The notes beneath the pieces were generated by a model, which did no database searches, was not told the origin of the DNA, and saw nothing but the letters and a program-made list of their open reading frames with translations. Source: Eledone cirrhosa (lineage: Eukaryota). From it: a DNA stretch of 64,000 nt. The stretch is taken from assembly GCA_964016885.1 (NCBI GenBank), contig OZ024757.1, forward strand, positions 12,524,001 to 12,588,000. The letters run 5' to 3'. Positions 25,378 through 55,313 of this stretch are shown here, one piece after another; the stretch's first letter is position 1, and each line of letters opens with the position of its first letter. The position numbers and the translations under genes were made by a program.

Positions 25378-25795
25378 AAGAGGAAAGAAGAGTGACACGG
25401 TATATATATATAAAGAAGAGGAAAGAAGAGTGACACGGTTTGCTATACAAAAAAGGTTTTTAATCTCATAGCTGACAATTGTTTCTCTGAATTGGTAGGT
25501 CTAGAAATCGCTACCCGCCTGTTTTCGCGTCATTCGATCACCAATACATAGTTATAACCAGTCAATTCATCAGAGCTAGCAATTGTCAGCAATGAGATTA
25601 AAAACCTTTTTTGTATAGCAAACCGTGTCACTCTTCTTTCCTGATTTAGAAATTACTCCAAGTGTTAACAACATAGAAATTACCGCGTACTCGCAGCATC
25701 ACTATGGAAACGCCTTGTTGAGTCAAACTTATCCAAGCGTTGACATCATCCACTACTCGGAGTACCTTAACTGTACTACCTTTAACAATAATCTG

Positions 25796-25799
<4 letters not shown>
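24960..25799. mobile_element. Fold-back pair of ~390-bp HHR-bearing pLTR-like arms around (TA)n
   Basis: Arms 24960-~25357 and ~25402-25799 are reverse complements (coordinate sum 50759). Confidence 0.9.
25181..25290 (+). ncRNA. Type I hammerhead ribozyme, GUC site (mirror copy 25469-25578 on -)
   Basis: tagct-CTGATGA(25186)-long stem II (actgg/ccagt)-GAAA(25274)-caattg-TC-agcta. Confidence 0.75.
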
Positions 25800-25835
<36 letters not shown>

Positions 25836-25864
25836 AAGAGGAAAGAAGAGTGACACGGTTTGCT

Positions 25865-25960
<96 letters not shown>

Positions 25961-26063
25961 ATATACGTTCCTTCACGCACAAGGCGCCAAGGTACGCATG
26001 TATTGTCCAACCAAATGCCAGTGTGGTTCAATGGCGGGTTAATAATTTAACGAGCCAGAACAA

Positions 26064-26272
26064 ATATAAACAAGGTTTAGCAAATAATGAAAAAGTTTCA
26101 AAATAAATTTTAAAAAATTGACTTTACCTACTATAGTTACCTTTACCGATCGGTTTCGAATCCCAAAAATAAAACGGAGACCATACGGCCTTCGTTGCAA
26201 AGAAAAACTATAGTAGGTAAAGTCAATTTTTTAAAATTTATTTTGAAACTTTTTCATTATTTGCTAAACCTT

Positions 26273-26280
<8 letters not shown>
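26064..26280. repeat. ~75-bp inverted repeat enclosing a degenerate HHR-like segment
   Basis: 26064-26138 vs 26206-26280; minus strand of the spacer has GAAA-ccgatcgg-TA but a damaged CUGANGA. Confidence 0.75.
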
Positions 26281-26354
<74 letters not shown>

Positions 26355-26593
26355 ATACTTCCCAATATATAACAATATGTTTCAACACACGTTTCAGATA
26401 AGAAATCTCGCAAAACAAATTCAAAAACGAATTATATATATATATGTATTAGAGTAGGGGGTTAACCGAACAGGGAAGTGTGGTTCCCCATCATGGTCTG
26501 TTGGTTGTTAAAAGCCAGATTTTGTAGCTTCACCTCCAAATCCATGTGTTGTTTTTAAAAAAAATGGGGGAAAAGGGGCTGATATTAATAAAA

Positions 26594-26604
26594 AACCGGA
26601 AGTA
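26594..26604 (+). promoter_or_regulatory. Candidate ETS site (ACCGGAAGT) upstream of MAD1
   Basis: Exact ETS consensus ~290 bp upstream of the ATG; single motif only. Confidence 0.3.
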
Positions 26605-26885
26605 ACCTTTGATTATATCAAATGTTATCTTTACATTAAAATTAATGTTTGGTTCGAGATTTTCTTGTGGCAGTATTCGGTAGAGCGTCGAACAAATAAA
26701 CAAAATTACGGTTTGCGGTATCTAGTTACAGCAGTCTACGTTCTGAGTTCCAAAACCTATCCTTCCAGTTTGTAAACTATTATAGTTGTAATAATTACAT
26801 AGCTTGTTAACTAATTATAAATACATAGCTTGTTAACTAATACTTTAAACTTTGTGTCTTGTTTTTCTGTGAAAGGTTCCTCACC

Positions 26886-43040
<16,155 letters not shown>

Positions 43041-43069
43041 ATACCACTGATGGTTGGATCAATTCTACT

Positions 43070-43830
43070 TCTACCATCCCATACCACCAATACCCACTGG
43101 CCTGGCCCAGTAGTAAAACCAGACCATCCCATACCATGCCTACCCACAGGCCTGGCCCAGTAGTAACACCACACCATCCCATACCATCCCTACCCACTGG
43201 CCTGGCCCAGTAGTAACACCACACCATCCCATACCATCCCTACCCACTGGCCTGGCCCAGTAGTAACACCAGACCATCCAATACCATCCCTACCCACTGG
43301 CCTGGCCCAGTAGTAACACCACACCATCCCATACCATCCCTACCCACTGGCCTGGCCCAGTAGTAACACCAGACCATCCCATACCATCCCTACCCACAGG
43401 CCTGGCCCAGTAGTAACACCACACCATCCCATACCATCCCTACCCACTGGCCTGGCCCAGTAGTAACACCAGACCATCCCATACCATCCCTACCCACTGG
43501 CCTGGCCCAGTAGTAACACCACACCATCCCATACCATGCCTACCCACTGGCCTGGCCCACTAGTAACACCAGACCATCCCATACCATCCCTACCCACAGG
43601 CCTGGCCCAGTAGTAACACCACACCATCGCATACCATCCCTACCCACTGGCCTGGCCCAGTAGTAACACCAGACCATCCCATACCATCCCTACCCACTGG
43701 CCTGGCCCAGTAGTAACACCAGACCTTCCATACCATCCTTACCCACTGGCCTGGCCCAGTTGTAACACCAGACCATCCCATACCATCCCTACCCACTGGC
43801 CTGGCCCAGTAGTAACACCACACCATCCCA
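43070..43830. repeat. 50-bp minisatellite, ~15 copies, just after the MAD1 stop
   Basis: Unit cctggcccagtagtaacacca(c/g)accatcccataccatccctacccactgg. Confidence 0.96.
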
Positions 43831-43993
43831 TCACATTATATATATATATGATGGCTGCCCCCTCGTTATCCTCATTGCACGAGGAGAAAAAAAAAATTAA
43901 TAAATAAATTAAAATATATATATATATATATTTTAATTTATTTATTAATTTATTTATTATTTTGTATTTTATTTATTTTATTTATTATTTTTT

Positions 43994-44051
43994 TTCATTC
44001 TGAAGATTGAAGGAAAAATTTTTGCTTTTAAGAAACCACTGGTGAATGGAA
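43994..44051 (+). ncRNA. Hammerhead motif, GUG variant (second copy 48288-48345)
   Basis: ttcatt-CTGAAGA-ttgaagg..cttttaa-GAAA-ccactgg-TG-aatggaa. Confidence 0.65.
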
Positions 44052-44202
44052 TAATTGCCTTATGTTGCTTTATTACTTTACTACTATATATACGTATATG
44101 TAAGGTTCATATGAATTATCTAAGACTGAGTTTTACACATACACACATGTATGTGTGTGTGTATGCATATGTATGTGTATGTATATATATATATATATAT
44201 AT

Positions 44203-44767
44203 ATAATGAAAAATTGAACAGGGACAGAACAGAGAGGCAGTACGACAAATGTTTATTAAATTCACGCTCAGGAGAGTGGGGGGTAGGTGGGGGACGACGT
44301 TTCGGGCATAAGCCCTTCTTCAGGTGAGAGTTCAAAAGGTGTGTAGGGGAGTGGTGGAGAGACATATAGCGAAAGGAAACGGTGCGAAGAAATACAATTA
44401 TAAGAACACAGGCAAAGAATCATATACGGAAAAAAAGGGTACGGTAACAAAATCAAACAGAGGTAATGCGTGGAAGGAAAGACAAAGTGTGGGAAGGTGT
44501 GTAAAGTTCGGAGAAAGGTCACGGCGGATTAGATCGGGGTTGAGCCGGTTGTTAAGTTAAGTTCCAAGGATGGAGGCCGTGTGAGCGTGTGTTGTGTATA
44601 ATGAAAAATTGAACAGGGACAGAACAGAGAGGCAGTACGACAAATGTTTATTAAATTTACGCTCAGGAGAGTGGGGGGTAGGTGGGGGAAGACGTTTCGG
44701 GCATAAGCCCTTCTTCAGGTGAGAGTTCAAAAGGTGTGTAGGGGAGTGGTGGAGAGACATATAGCGA

Positions 44768-44770
<3 letters not shown>
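44203..44770 (-). mobile_element. Two tandem pLTR ends of the Neptune-like family nested in the upstream pLTR
   Basis: Reverse-complement similarity to 24680-24955, including CTGAAGAagggcttatgcccGAAAcgtc. Confidence 0.85.
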
Positions 44771-44817
<47 letters not shown>

Positions 44818-45374
44818 ATATAATTACATATACATATATGTGTGTGTATATATTGTATACGTGTGCGTGTTTGTGCATGTATGTGTATGTATGTGTTTAT
44901 GTATTTGTATATGTATATTTATGTGTGAGAGTGTGTGTATGTGTTTACGATTTCGTACGTATGTATACGTGCATTTGTGTGTATTACTTACCACGCGTGT
45001 CTGTCCAGTTAGCTGCCTTATGTAACGGTGTCAAAAATTTTTAATATATATATATTTTTTTCTTATATTTATTTGCGTGTGTGAATATGTAGAGGAGTGC
45101 ATTTATGTATGTATGTACGTATGTATATATTTATGATTGTGTGAATGTATGTATGTATATGTGTGTGTGTATGGCTATGTTTGTGTACGTGTATGCTTGT
45201 ACACACATGTATATATATATGTATGTGTATATGTGTATATATATATATATGTATACATGTGTATGTGTGTGTGTGTATGTGTGTGTGTGTGTATGTATGA
45301 ATGTATGTATGTGTATATGTGTATGTATGTGTATGTGTATATAAGTGTATGTTTTATATATATGTGTATGTGTA

Positions 45375-45422
<48 letters not shown>

Positions 45423-45569
45423 CATGTATGCTTTTGTGTTTTTGTGTGTGTGTTTGCATGTGTAGTTTTATTTTATTTTTCCTTTCCTTCTTCCTTCTCC
45501 AGCCTCACTTTCATATAGATTGCATTTTTGTTTTTTAAAATCCAAATTCAATAAAGAAACCAGGATTTT

Positions 45570-45628
45570 TTCATTCTGAGGATTGAAAGCAAAACCTTTT
45601 GCTTTTAAGAAACCACTGGTAAATGGAA
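45570..45628 (+). ncRNA. Type I hammerhead ribozyme, GUA site (second copy 49372-49430)
   Basis: ttcatt-CTGAGGA-ttgaaagcaaaa cc ttttgcttttaa-GAAA-ccactgg-TA-aatggaa. Confidence 0.85.
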
Positions 45629-45844
45629 TAATTGCCTTATGTTGTTTATTACATAATAATAATTAAGCTCTGTTGCCTACATAGAACACTCTTTTTTCCT
45701 GGACTTTTCCGACGGAATTACTTCATTTATACAGCTCCAACCGGGATTGATTGAAGCATATTCTATATTACATATACGATTGGCACTTTCCAGCCCGATT
45801 AGTTGAGCACTCTACAGTTTTCAGGAATTTAACCAACATACACC

Positions 45845-47956
45845 ATGGACCTTTATGATTTGGATTATTCAATCAAAAATATACCCACTCCTTCCAACAC
45901 AACTTACACCAAAATCCTCATAGATAAAATCGAACAAGTCGTTAAAAGAATGAGATGGAAGGCAATGGTTTACGATGGACTATTCAGTGCTGATACTAAA
46001 GATTGTTTTGACATCAAATCCCGTAAATATCCACCTAGAATTAAAGACATGGCCAACTTCGAATTAGACCTCGTTAATCTAATTAGTGATATCAAATTTC
46101 GTAAGTACAATAATAACTTTCAAACTAAACTTTCTAATGATATTTCTAATTTTAGAAATTCTACAAACACTTTCGTTCTTTCTGATAAAACTAAAAACCT
46201 CTTTGAAGTTAATAGTACTTTGTATAACCAACTTTTAACTAATAGTATTACCAATAAATATCAATTAACTAATAATAATACCTACAATACTATCAATAAA
46301 GAAGCTAAAGAACTAGCTAATTCTTTACAAATAGATAACCGGATTGAAAGCTTAGCTAAGCGTAAAGCATATATTACACTTAAAGACATAAATTGGACTT
46401 TACTAATCGACCTAGTTGTAGACTGATTAACCCGGCTAAATCCGACGTTGGCCTTGCAAGTAAGAAAATCTTAAGAAAAATAATTCTCCAAATTAGAACT
46501 AACACTGACCTATCACAGTGGCTAAATACTTCCTCTGTTATTTCTTGGTTCAATAATATACAAGGTAAAAATAAGTGTAGATTTACCCAATTTTATATTG
46601 TCGATTTTTACCCTTCTATTACTGTTTCCTTATTAACTAATGCCTTAGATTTTGCAAGACCCTTCATTAATATTTCTAAATTAGAAGAAGACATTATCTT
46701 TCATGCTAGAAAAACTTTACTTTTTACTAATGATAATATTTGGGTTAAAAAGTCAAACCCTGAAAACTCTTTTGATGTTGCAATGGGTTCATATGACAGT
46801 GCGGATGTGTGTGACTTAGTAGGATTATTCCTTCTCCACACCCTCAAAGAGAAATTTCCGTCCCATAATATCGGTTTATACCGTGATGACGGATTAACAG
46901 TTTCTCATACCACCAACGGCCATAACCTTGATAAATTCCGTAAAGATTTAATCAATACTTTTGCTATAGATACGAACCTTTCTAATGCTAACTTTCTTGA
47001 TATTAATCTTGATCTACTTACTGCCTCTTTTAAACCCTATCATAAACCTAATGAAAATCTTAGGTATATACACAAAGAGTCTTGCCATCCCCCTATAGTT
47101 TTTAATAATCTTATTCCTAACATTAGCCGTAGGATTTCTACCTTATCTTCGTCTATAGACATTTTTAATAAAGCCGCCCCTTATTATAATAAAGCCCTTA
47201 AGAACAGCGGTTTTACAGAAAACATTTCTTATTTACCTACTCCCCCCCCCCTAAAACTAACCACAATAACAGGAAAAGGAAAATTATTTGGTTCACACCC
47301 CCTTCTCTCTAACTGTCAAAACTAATGTAGGAAGGAAATTCCTTGAACTATTAGACAAACATTTTCCTCCTAATCATAGATATTATAAGATATTTAATAG
47401 GAACGTAGTTAAGATCAGCTACTCTTGTTGCCCATCTATGAAGTCCAAAATCACCAGTTCAAACCGTACGAGAATAAATCCAGGATGCAGTTGCAGGAAG
47501 CCGGATGAATGCCCATTGCAGGGTAAATGTAACACCAAATCTGTCGTTTAAGAGGCTAAGATAACACCAGTAATCAACAACCAGCCAGCCAGGAGTGAGC
47601 GATATGTCGGTATGACCCAGGACAGGTTTAAAACCAGATTTTACTCACATGTCGCTTCTTTTAAGCACTCCGATAAACGAACATCAACGGCCCTCGCAAG
47701 TAAGGTGTGGGAACTCAAGGATAGTAACATCCCGTACTCTATTGATTGGTCTATATTAGACCATTCGAGGGAGTACCAAAGGGGCACAAAGAATTGTTCT
47801 TTGTGTACCACAGAAAAGTATAGGATTTTGCTAAACTTGAGAGCCACTTCCGCTTGCCTTAACTCAAAGACTGAGATCTTCAGATGCTGTCCTCATCTGA
47901 AATCGCATCTGATCTGTAACTGGATTGACACTCCTATGATAAATCAACCACCTTGA
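45845..47956 (+). pseudogene. Disrupted PLE RT + GIY-YIG ORF (same clade as 627-3059)
   Basis: YSIKNIPTP..KRMRWKA, AMGSYDSADVCDLVG, GLYRDDGL, CSCRKPDECPLQGKC, YVGMT, CSLCTTEK; two frameshifts, a TAA stop, and the motif-A Asp changed to Tyr (QFYIVDFY). Confidence 0.92.
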
Positions 47957-48468
47957 ACTCCTTCTCTGCTCTTTACTTCTGCTACGGTTTTTATTTTGCT
48001 GATTCTACGTTCTGTACTCTTATATATTTACTTTTTTTTTTTTTCTTTTTTTTTTCTCCCTTACCTCCCCTTATATTTTACCTTTTCTTATGCCCCCCCC
48101 CCCCCATATTCTTTTTGCCTTGCCCTTCACATACCTATGTGTATGTGTATGTATATTTGTGTGTATATATATATATATGTATATATGTATGTATATATAT
48201 ATATATATGTATGTATGTGTATGTGTGTATATATATGTATATATTTGTGTGTGTATATGTATGTATATGTGGATAAAGCAGGTTTTTTTCATTCTGAAGA
48301 TTGAAGGAAAAATTTTTTGCTTTTAAGAAACCACTGGTGAATGGAATAATTGCCTTATGTTGCTTTATTACTTTACTACTATATATACGTATATGTAAGG
48401 TTCATATGAATTATCTAAGACTGAGTTTTACACATACACACATGTATGTGTGTATGCATATGTATGTG

Positions 48469-48591
<123 letters not shown>

Positions 48592-49135
48592 ATAGTTACA
48601 TATACATATATGTGTGTGTATATATTGTATACGTGTGCGTGTTTGTGCATGTATGTGTGTGTATGTTTTTATGTATTTGTATATGTATATTTATGTGTGA
48701 GAGTGTGTGTATGTGTTTACAATTTCGTACGTATGTATACGTGCATTTGTGTGTATTACTTACCACGCGTGTCTGTCCAGTTAGCTGCCTTATGTAACGG
48801 TGTCAAATTTTTTTTATATATATATATTTTTTTTTCTTATATTTATTTGCGTGTGTGAATATGTAGAGGAGTGCATTTATGTATGTGTATGTATGTACGT
48901 ATGTATATATTTATGATTGTGTGAATGTATGTATGTATATGTGTGTGTGTATGGCTATGTTTGTGTATGTGTATGCTTGTACACACATGTATATATATGT
49001 ATGTGTATATGTGTATATATATATGTATACATGTGTGTGTATATGTGTGTGTGTGTGTATGTGTATGTGTGTGTGTATGTGTGTATATGTCTATGTATGT
49101 GTATGTGTATATAAGTGTATGTTTTATATATATGT

Positions 49136-49229
<94 letters not shown>

Positions 49230-49924
49230 ATGCTTTTGTGTTTTTGTGTGTGTGTTTGCATGTGTAGTTTTATTTTATTTTTCCTTTCCTTCTTCCTTCT
49301 CCAGCCTCACTTTCATATAGATTGCATTTTTGTTTTTTAAAATCCAAATTCAATAAACAAACCAGGATTTCTTCATTCTGAGGATTGAAAGCAAAACCTT
49401 TTGCTTTTAAGAAACCACTGGTAAATGGAATAATTGCCTTATGTTGTTTATTACATAATAATAATTAAGCTCTGTTGCCTACATAGAGCACTCTTTTTTC
49501 CTGGACTTTTCCGACGGAATTACTTCATTTATATATATATATATATACATATACACACATATATACACACACACATATACATTAATAACAATAATAATAA
49601 TAATTATAACAACAATAATAATAACGACAACAACAATAATAATATACATATCATCATCATCATCACCGTTGTTCGTCCGTTCTTCCACGCTAGCATGGGT
49701 TAGACGGGTTGTCCTGTTGTGGGCAGTGTCTGGTCGGCTGACTATGCCTTGCTCATACAGGAACTGATTTGGCTTGATTTCTACAGCGGGATGCCCTTCC
49801 TAACACCAACCCCATTTACAGTGAGTGCTGGGTGCTTTTTCGTGGCGCCTACACGTCCACTTTACAGTGTTGGCTGGGTGCTTTTTTGCCGTGGCACCTC
49901 CACGACCACCTTGCGGTGGGGGTT

Positions 49925-50540
49925 GTGGGGGCATATTTTCTATATGCTTCAGCTTGTACCCATGGGAGGTCGGGTACTCTGTATTACTGCGTAACGCCTG
50001 AGGTCACGGTTGTGTGTCATTGCATTTGAGAGGTGTAATTGGGTAAGGTCGGCTTTTATCACCTCATCCCAGGTTATCTTGGGTCTCCCCACTCCGCGGT
50101 TTCCATCGACTTCTAGTGCTCTGCACCTTTTTATGCCGCTGTCATCCTTCATACGCATCACATGTCCATACCAGCGCAACCGCCTCTCCTGCACACAGCA
50201 TTTGATTCCTCTTATGCTCAGTCTCTCTCTCAATTCATTTATGCTTTGTCGTTCGCGTATATTACTATTACACATCCATCGGAGCATGCTTCGTTTCTCT
50301 CTAATCTACGTAAGTCTTCCACCTTCAGCGCCCAGGTCTCACTACCATGCAACATCGCTGTTCGGATACACGCATCATACAGTCTGCCTTTCATTCTGAG
50401 GGAGAAGCCTTTTGCAGCTAGCAGTGGTAGTAGTTCCCTAAACTTCTTCCATCCCGTTCTTACCCTAGTTATTGTACTTTCTGAACACCCACCTCCGCTG
50501 GTAATTCGGTCACCTAGGTAGCAGAAGCTGTCTACTGTTT
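49925..50540 (-). mobile_element. RTE-clade LINE 3' fragment
   Basis: MLRWMCN..ELRERL..ERRLRWYGHVMRM..GRPKITWDEVIKADL. Confidence 0.9.
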
Positions 50541-50592
50541 CTATAGAGCCCTCCCAGAGATTAGTGGTACTTGTTTCCTGTTTCCTGTATGA

Positions 50593-50658
<66 letters not shown>

Positions 50659-50662
<4 letters not shown>

Positions 50663-51164
50663 AGTTAATATAAATTAATATATAATAAACACTAATATAA
50701 TCATATAAGTGTTTGTATTGCAAATGACCAAGTTAGCTAGATTGAAAAATACTAATTAAATTAATACAGTTTGCCTGTCTCGATTTAAAATAATAAATCA
50801 ATAAAAACAAACCCATATTGGCAAGTATTTTGAGGTGAAACATACAAATTTTTCTGGATACCTGCCGAAGAGCACAGAAATTGAATTTTTCACTTTTTTA
50901 CTTATCGTTGCGAAACTTATTTGGGTTTTGAAATTTAAATTTGTCTGCGGAACAGGTTTGGGTTTTGAAATTTAAATTTGTCCAGGTATCACGGCTATTG
51001 CCAATATGGGTTTGTTTTATTGATTTATTATTTTAAATCGAGACAGGCAAACTGTATTAATTTAATTAGCATTTTTCAATCTTGCTAACATGGTCATTTG
51101 TAATACAAACACTTACATAATTGTATTTGTGTTTATCATATATATTAATTTATATTAACTTGTA
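50659..51164. repeat. AT-rich fold-back / MITE-like element with ~165-bp inverted arms
   Basis: 50659-50824 vs 50998-51164 reverse complement with several mismatches. Confidence 0.85.
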
Positions 51165-51473
51165 TTTCACGGCTCAGAAACACTTCTTTCTTTGAGTTAT
51201 TTAATTGTAAAAGACTGTTTGAGTTTATAACTCTATATATAGTATATATATGTATGTATGTATTTATCTATGTATGTATGTATATATAAAATATATATAT
51301 TTATATATAGTATTTACGTATCGAGAAAGAAAAAAAAAAGGGGGGGGGGATAGGTGATACATATAGTTATTTGCCAAGTAGCGTATGCCAAAGGTGCTCG
51401 ATACTAGTGCCGGCAGTATTAAATATTCGAAGTGTTAATATTTAGTGGGCTAGAGAGTTAGCAGAGCGTAAGC

Positions 51474-52081
51474 ACGTGGGAAAGTAAAAAATCGGAGAAT
51501 AGACCGTTAAAAGATGTTTATTTAAAATATCACCTACGTACGTTTCGCCCAGTTGGGCTTCTCAAGGGCATAAATAATCACAAGTGTTCCTTATATTGCT
51601 CGGAAAGAGTTTTTGAGGTTAAATCCACATGTTTATTTAAAATATAACCTACGTACGTTTCGCCCAGTTGGGCTTCTCAAGGGCATAAATAATCACAAGT
51701 GTTCCTTATATTGCTCGGAAAGAGTTTTTGGGGTTAAATCCACATCAAGGTTCATTGCTCGCAAAAATATCTTGTTTTGATTTTGCAGCAGGTCAAGGGA
51801 GGTAACTCTGGCCGGTGTTAGGGCAGTCTTTGTCCGGGAAAGATTGCCCTAACACCGGCCAGAGTTACCTCCCTTGACCTGCTGCAAAATCAAAACAAGA
51901 TATTTTTGCGAGCAATGAACCTTGATGTGGATTTAACCCCCAAAACTCTTTCCGAGCAATATAAGGAACACTTGTGATTATTTATGCCCTTGAGAAGCCC
52001 AACTGGGCGAAACGTACGTAGGTGATATTTTAAATAAACATGTTTTAACGGTCTATTCTCCGATTTTTTACTTTCCCACGT
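51474..52081. mobile_element. Palindromic pLTR-like element with three HHR-like units
   Basis: Arms mirror around ~51835; left arm has a tandem duplication; unit tatgccc-TTGAGAA-gcccaactgggc-GAAA-cgtacg-TA-ggtgata (51983-52027). Confidence 0.8.
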
Positions 52082-52086
52082 ATATT

Positions 52087-52120
<34 letters not shown>

Positions 52121-52555
52121 TGTATATATATATATATATATATGTATCATCATCATCATCATCATTTCATTTTACGTCCGCTTTTTCCCTGCTTGCAAGG
52201 GTGGGACGAACTGATTCTGGCTTGATTTCTACAGCTGGATGCCCTTCCTTACACCAACCTCATTTACAGTGAGTGCTGGGTGCTTTTTTGCCGTGGCACC
52301 TCCACGACCACTTTACAGTGGAATGATAGGGACCCCAGTCCCTATCATCTCATTTCTACAGCTGAGTAAACTGGAGCAATGTGAAATAAAGTGTCTTGCT
52401 CAAGGAAACAACACATCACTCGGTCTGAGAATTGAACTCACAACCTTTCGATTGCAAGACCAATGCTCTAACCACTAAGCTATGTGCCTCCATATATATA
52501 TATATATGTATGTATTTATCTATGCATATATGTATATATAATATCATCATTGTTT

Positions 52556-52867
52556 AATCATCATCATTGTTTAACGTCTATCTTCCACGCTAGCATGGGT
52601 TAGACGGGAGTTGTCCCAATTTGAGGCAAGGTTGGTCGGGTGACCATGTCTTGCTCGTATAGGACTGTCTGGCAGGTTTTCTATGGCTGGATACCCTTCC
52701 TAACACCAACCACATTTACAGTGTGGACTGGGAACTTTTTACCGTGTTACCTACACGGCCACATTACAGCGTGGACTATGTGTTTTTTTGTCGTGACACC
52801 TACACGACCTTGATCTAAATTATTTCATTTATTTGGACTGGAGCTTCAATTGAGAAACTAACCAGGC

Positions 52868-52898
<31 letters not shown>

Positions 52899-53924
52899 GA
52901 ACCAAATACAATTTAAAGTGTTAAATAAAAACATTACTTACATAACAATTAAGTTATATTTAAATGGTTGTACTTAATCCTTATGTAAACAATGTTTTTA
53001 TTTAGCACCTTCAAATGTATTTGCTTTTATATATTGTTTAAAGGTGTTTTATCTATCTATGTAAAGTGGTTGTGTAGGAGACACAGTAAAAAACACCCAG
53101 TCTACACTGTAAATGTGGTTGGTGTTAGGAAGGGCAACCAGTCGTAGAAAACCTGCCAGATACAGTTATGTACAAGCGAGACATGGTCACCTGATCAATC
53201 TTGCCTCAAGTGGGACAACTCCCATGCTAGCGTGGAAGATAGACGTTAAACGATGATGATGATGATATATATATATACTGTATGTATATTATTATCCCCA
53301 ATTTATATCCATGTTTCTATGCTGTTATGGGTTGAATGTATTTTCTCTTATCATTTGGTACGTCTTCTACAGCTTAATACCCTTCCTATCAACAACCACT
53401 TTACAGAGTGTACTGGGTGTGTTTGTACCATGTAAATCCCCAACATATTGAAGGTTGTCATGCTCCACCCACAATAACCCCTGACACAACTAAAGAGGCT
53501 TCTCTATCCCCCAACCTGTCTGACGCGTTTGTGCATACATTTATATGTATAAGTATATAAATATAAACGTGCAAACACACACACACAAACATACAATTAC
53601 ACACAGTACAGCAAATGGAACGCCAGTCGCTGTTTTATTATAGTGTTTTCACCATCCCCTTCTTTCTTTTTACACACACACACACACACATTGTGTGACG
53701 GACAGACAGAAGTCGCTCAAATTTATATATAAATGTAGATATTTACTGCCGATATCCTGTAGCAGCGTTTCTGCCATGACCGGATCTGATCCACAATCTG
53801 TTGGTTCTTGGAGTCATGGAAAGCAAGGCTCAACTGCAACCGCTGGACTTCATTCTGAAGTTGTTTTATTGTGCTTTCTTGAGTGGTCACTCTGTACACA
53901 ATATTGGAACAAAATCATACAGTG

Positions 53925-53959
<35 letters not shown>

Positions 53960-54481
53960 GCATGCATACATACATAAACATATACATACATTCACACACA
54001 TATATATATATATACATACACACACACACTCATATATATACATACATATATGCACACACACATATATATATACACACACACATATATATATACATACATA
54101 TACACATACACACACATATATACACCCACATATATATCATCAGCAGCATTTTACGTCCGCTTTTCCCTGCTTGCAAGGGTGGGACAGGAACTGATTCTGG
54201 CTTGATTTCTACAGCTGGATGCCCTTCATAACACCAACCTCATTTACAGTGTGGGCTAGGTGCTTTTTTGCCATGGCCCCTACACGACCACTTTGCAGTG
54301 GAATGATAGGGACCCCAGTCCCTATCATCTCATTTCTACAGCTGAGTAAACTGGAGCAACGTAAAACAAAGTGTCTTGCTCAAGGAAACAACACATCACC
54401 CGGTACGAAAATTGAACTCACAACCCTTTGATTGCAAGCCCAATGCTCTAACCACTAAGCCATGCACCTTCATGTATCTAA
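52556..54481 (-). repeat. Inverted duplicate of MAD1 intron8-exon9-intron9 segment (34070-35981)
   Basis: Collinear reverse-complement match over ~1.9 kb, including unique non-repeat sequence. Confidence 0.95.
53747..53891 (-). pseudogene. MAD1L1: Orphan copy of MAD1 exon 9
   Basis: 145 nt, splice sites intact, two synonymous differences from 34650-34794. Confidence 0.9.
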
Positions 54482-54737
<256 letters not shown>

Positions 54738-55313
54738 AGGAGGTTATAGTTCACTTGAAGCATTGTGTAATGAGGTATAAACGTTAGAATATGTGTAATA
54801 AGGCCAAGACAATGCAGATATGGACATAGAAAAAAGAATGCAATAGTGAAAGATATTGATGAGAATTCGTCTTTCACCTTGAATTTATTTAAATGTCCTT
54901 AATTTTCGAGATAATATCTCTTCTTCGGAGGGAAGTAAAAGTCTCAGACCAGCGTCTAAATTTCCAATGAAGCCATGCTGACCGGAAATAGTATAGAGTT
55001 CTAACTTTAATATCAAAGAATTAAAATTAGGTGGGTAAAGAGTAGTCTCCCTTTAAGAGGGGTTTGTTTATGTTTTTGTTGTGTTTTTTTAAATTTTATA
55101 TGCGTGCCTGTATATGTGTGTGGGAGAAAGCATGAAGGTGTAGGTATGTGGGTGTGTGTGTGTGAGTGTGGGAAGATAGGTCTAATCGTAAAAGTGGGGG
55201 GTAGGTGTTATCTGGTGTTAGAACTGGTTTTGTGTGTGTATGTGTGAGAGAGAATAAGTGGAGGTGTGCGCGTGCGTGTGTGTGGGGTGTGTAAAGTGGG
55301 GCTAGAGGCCCTA

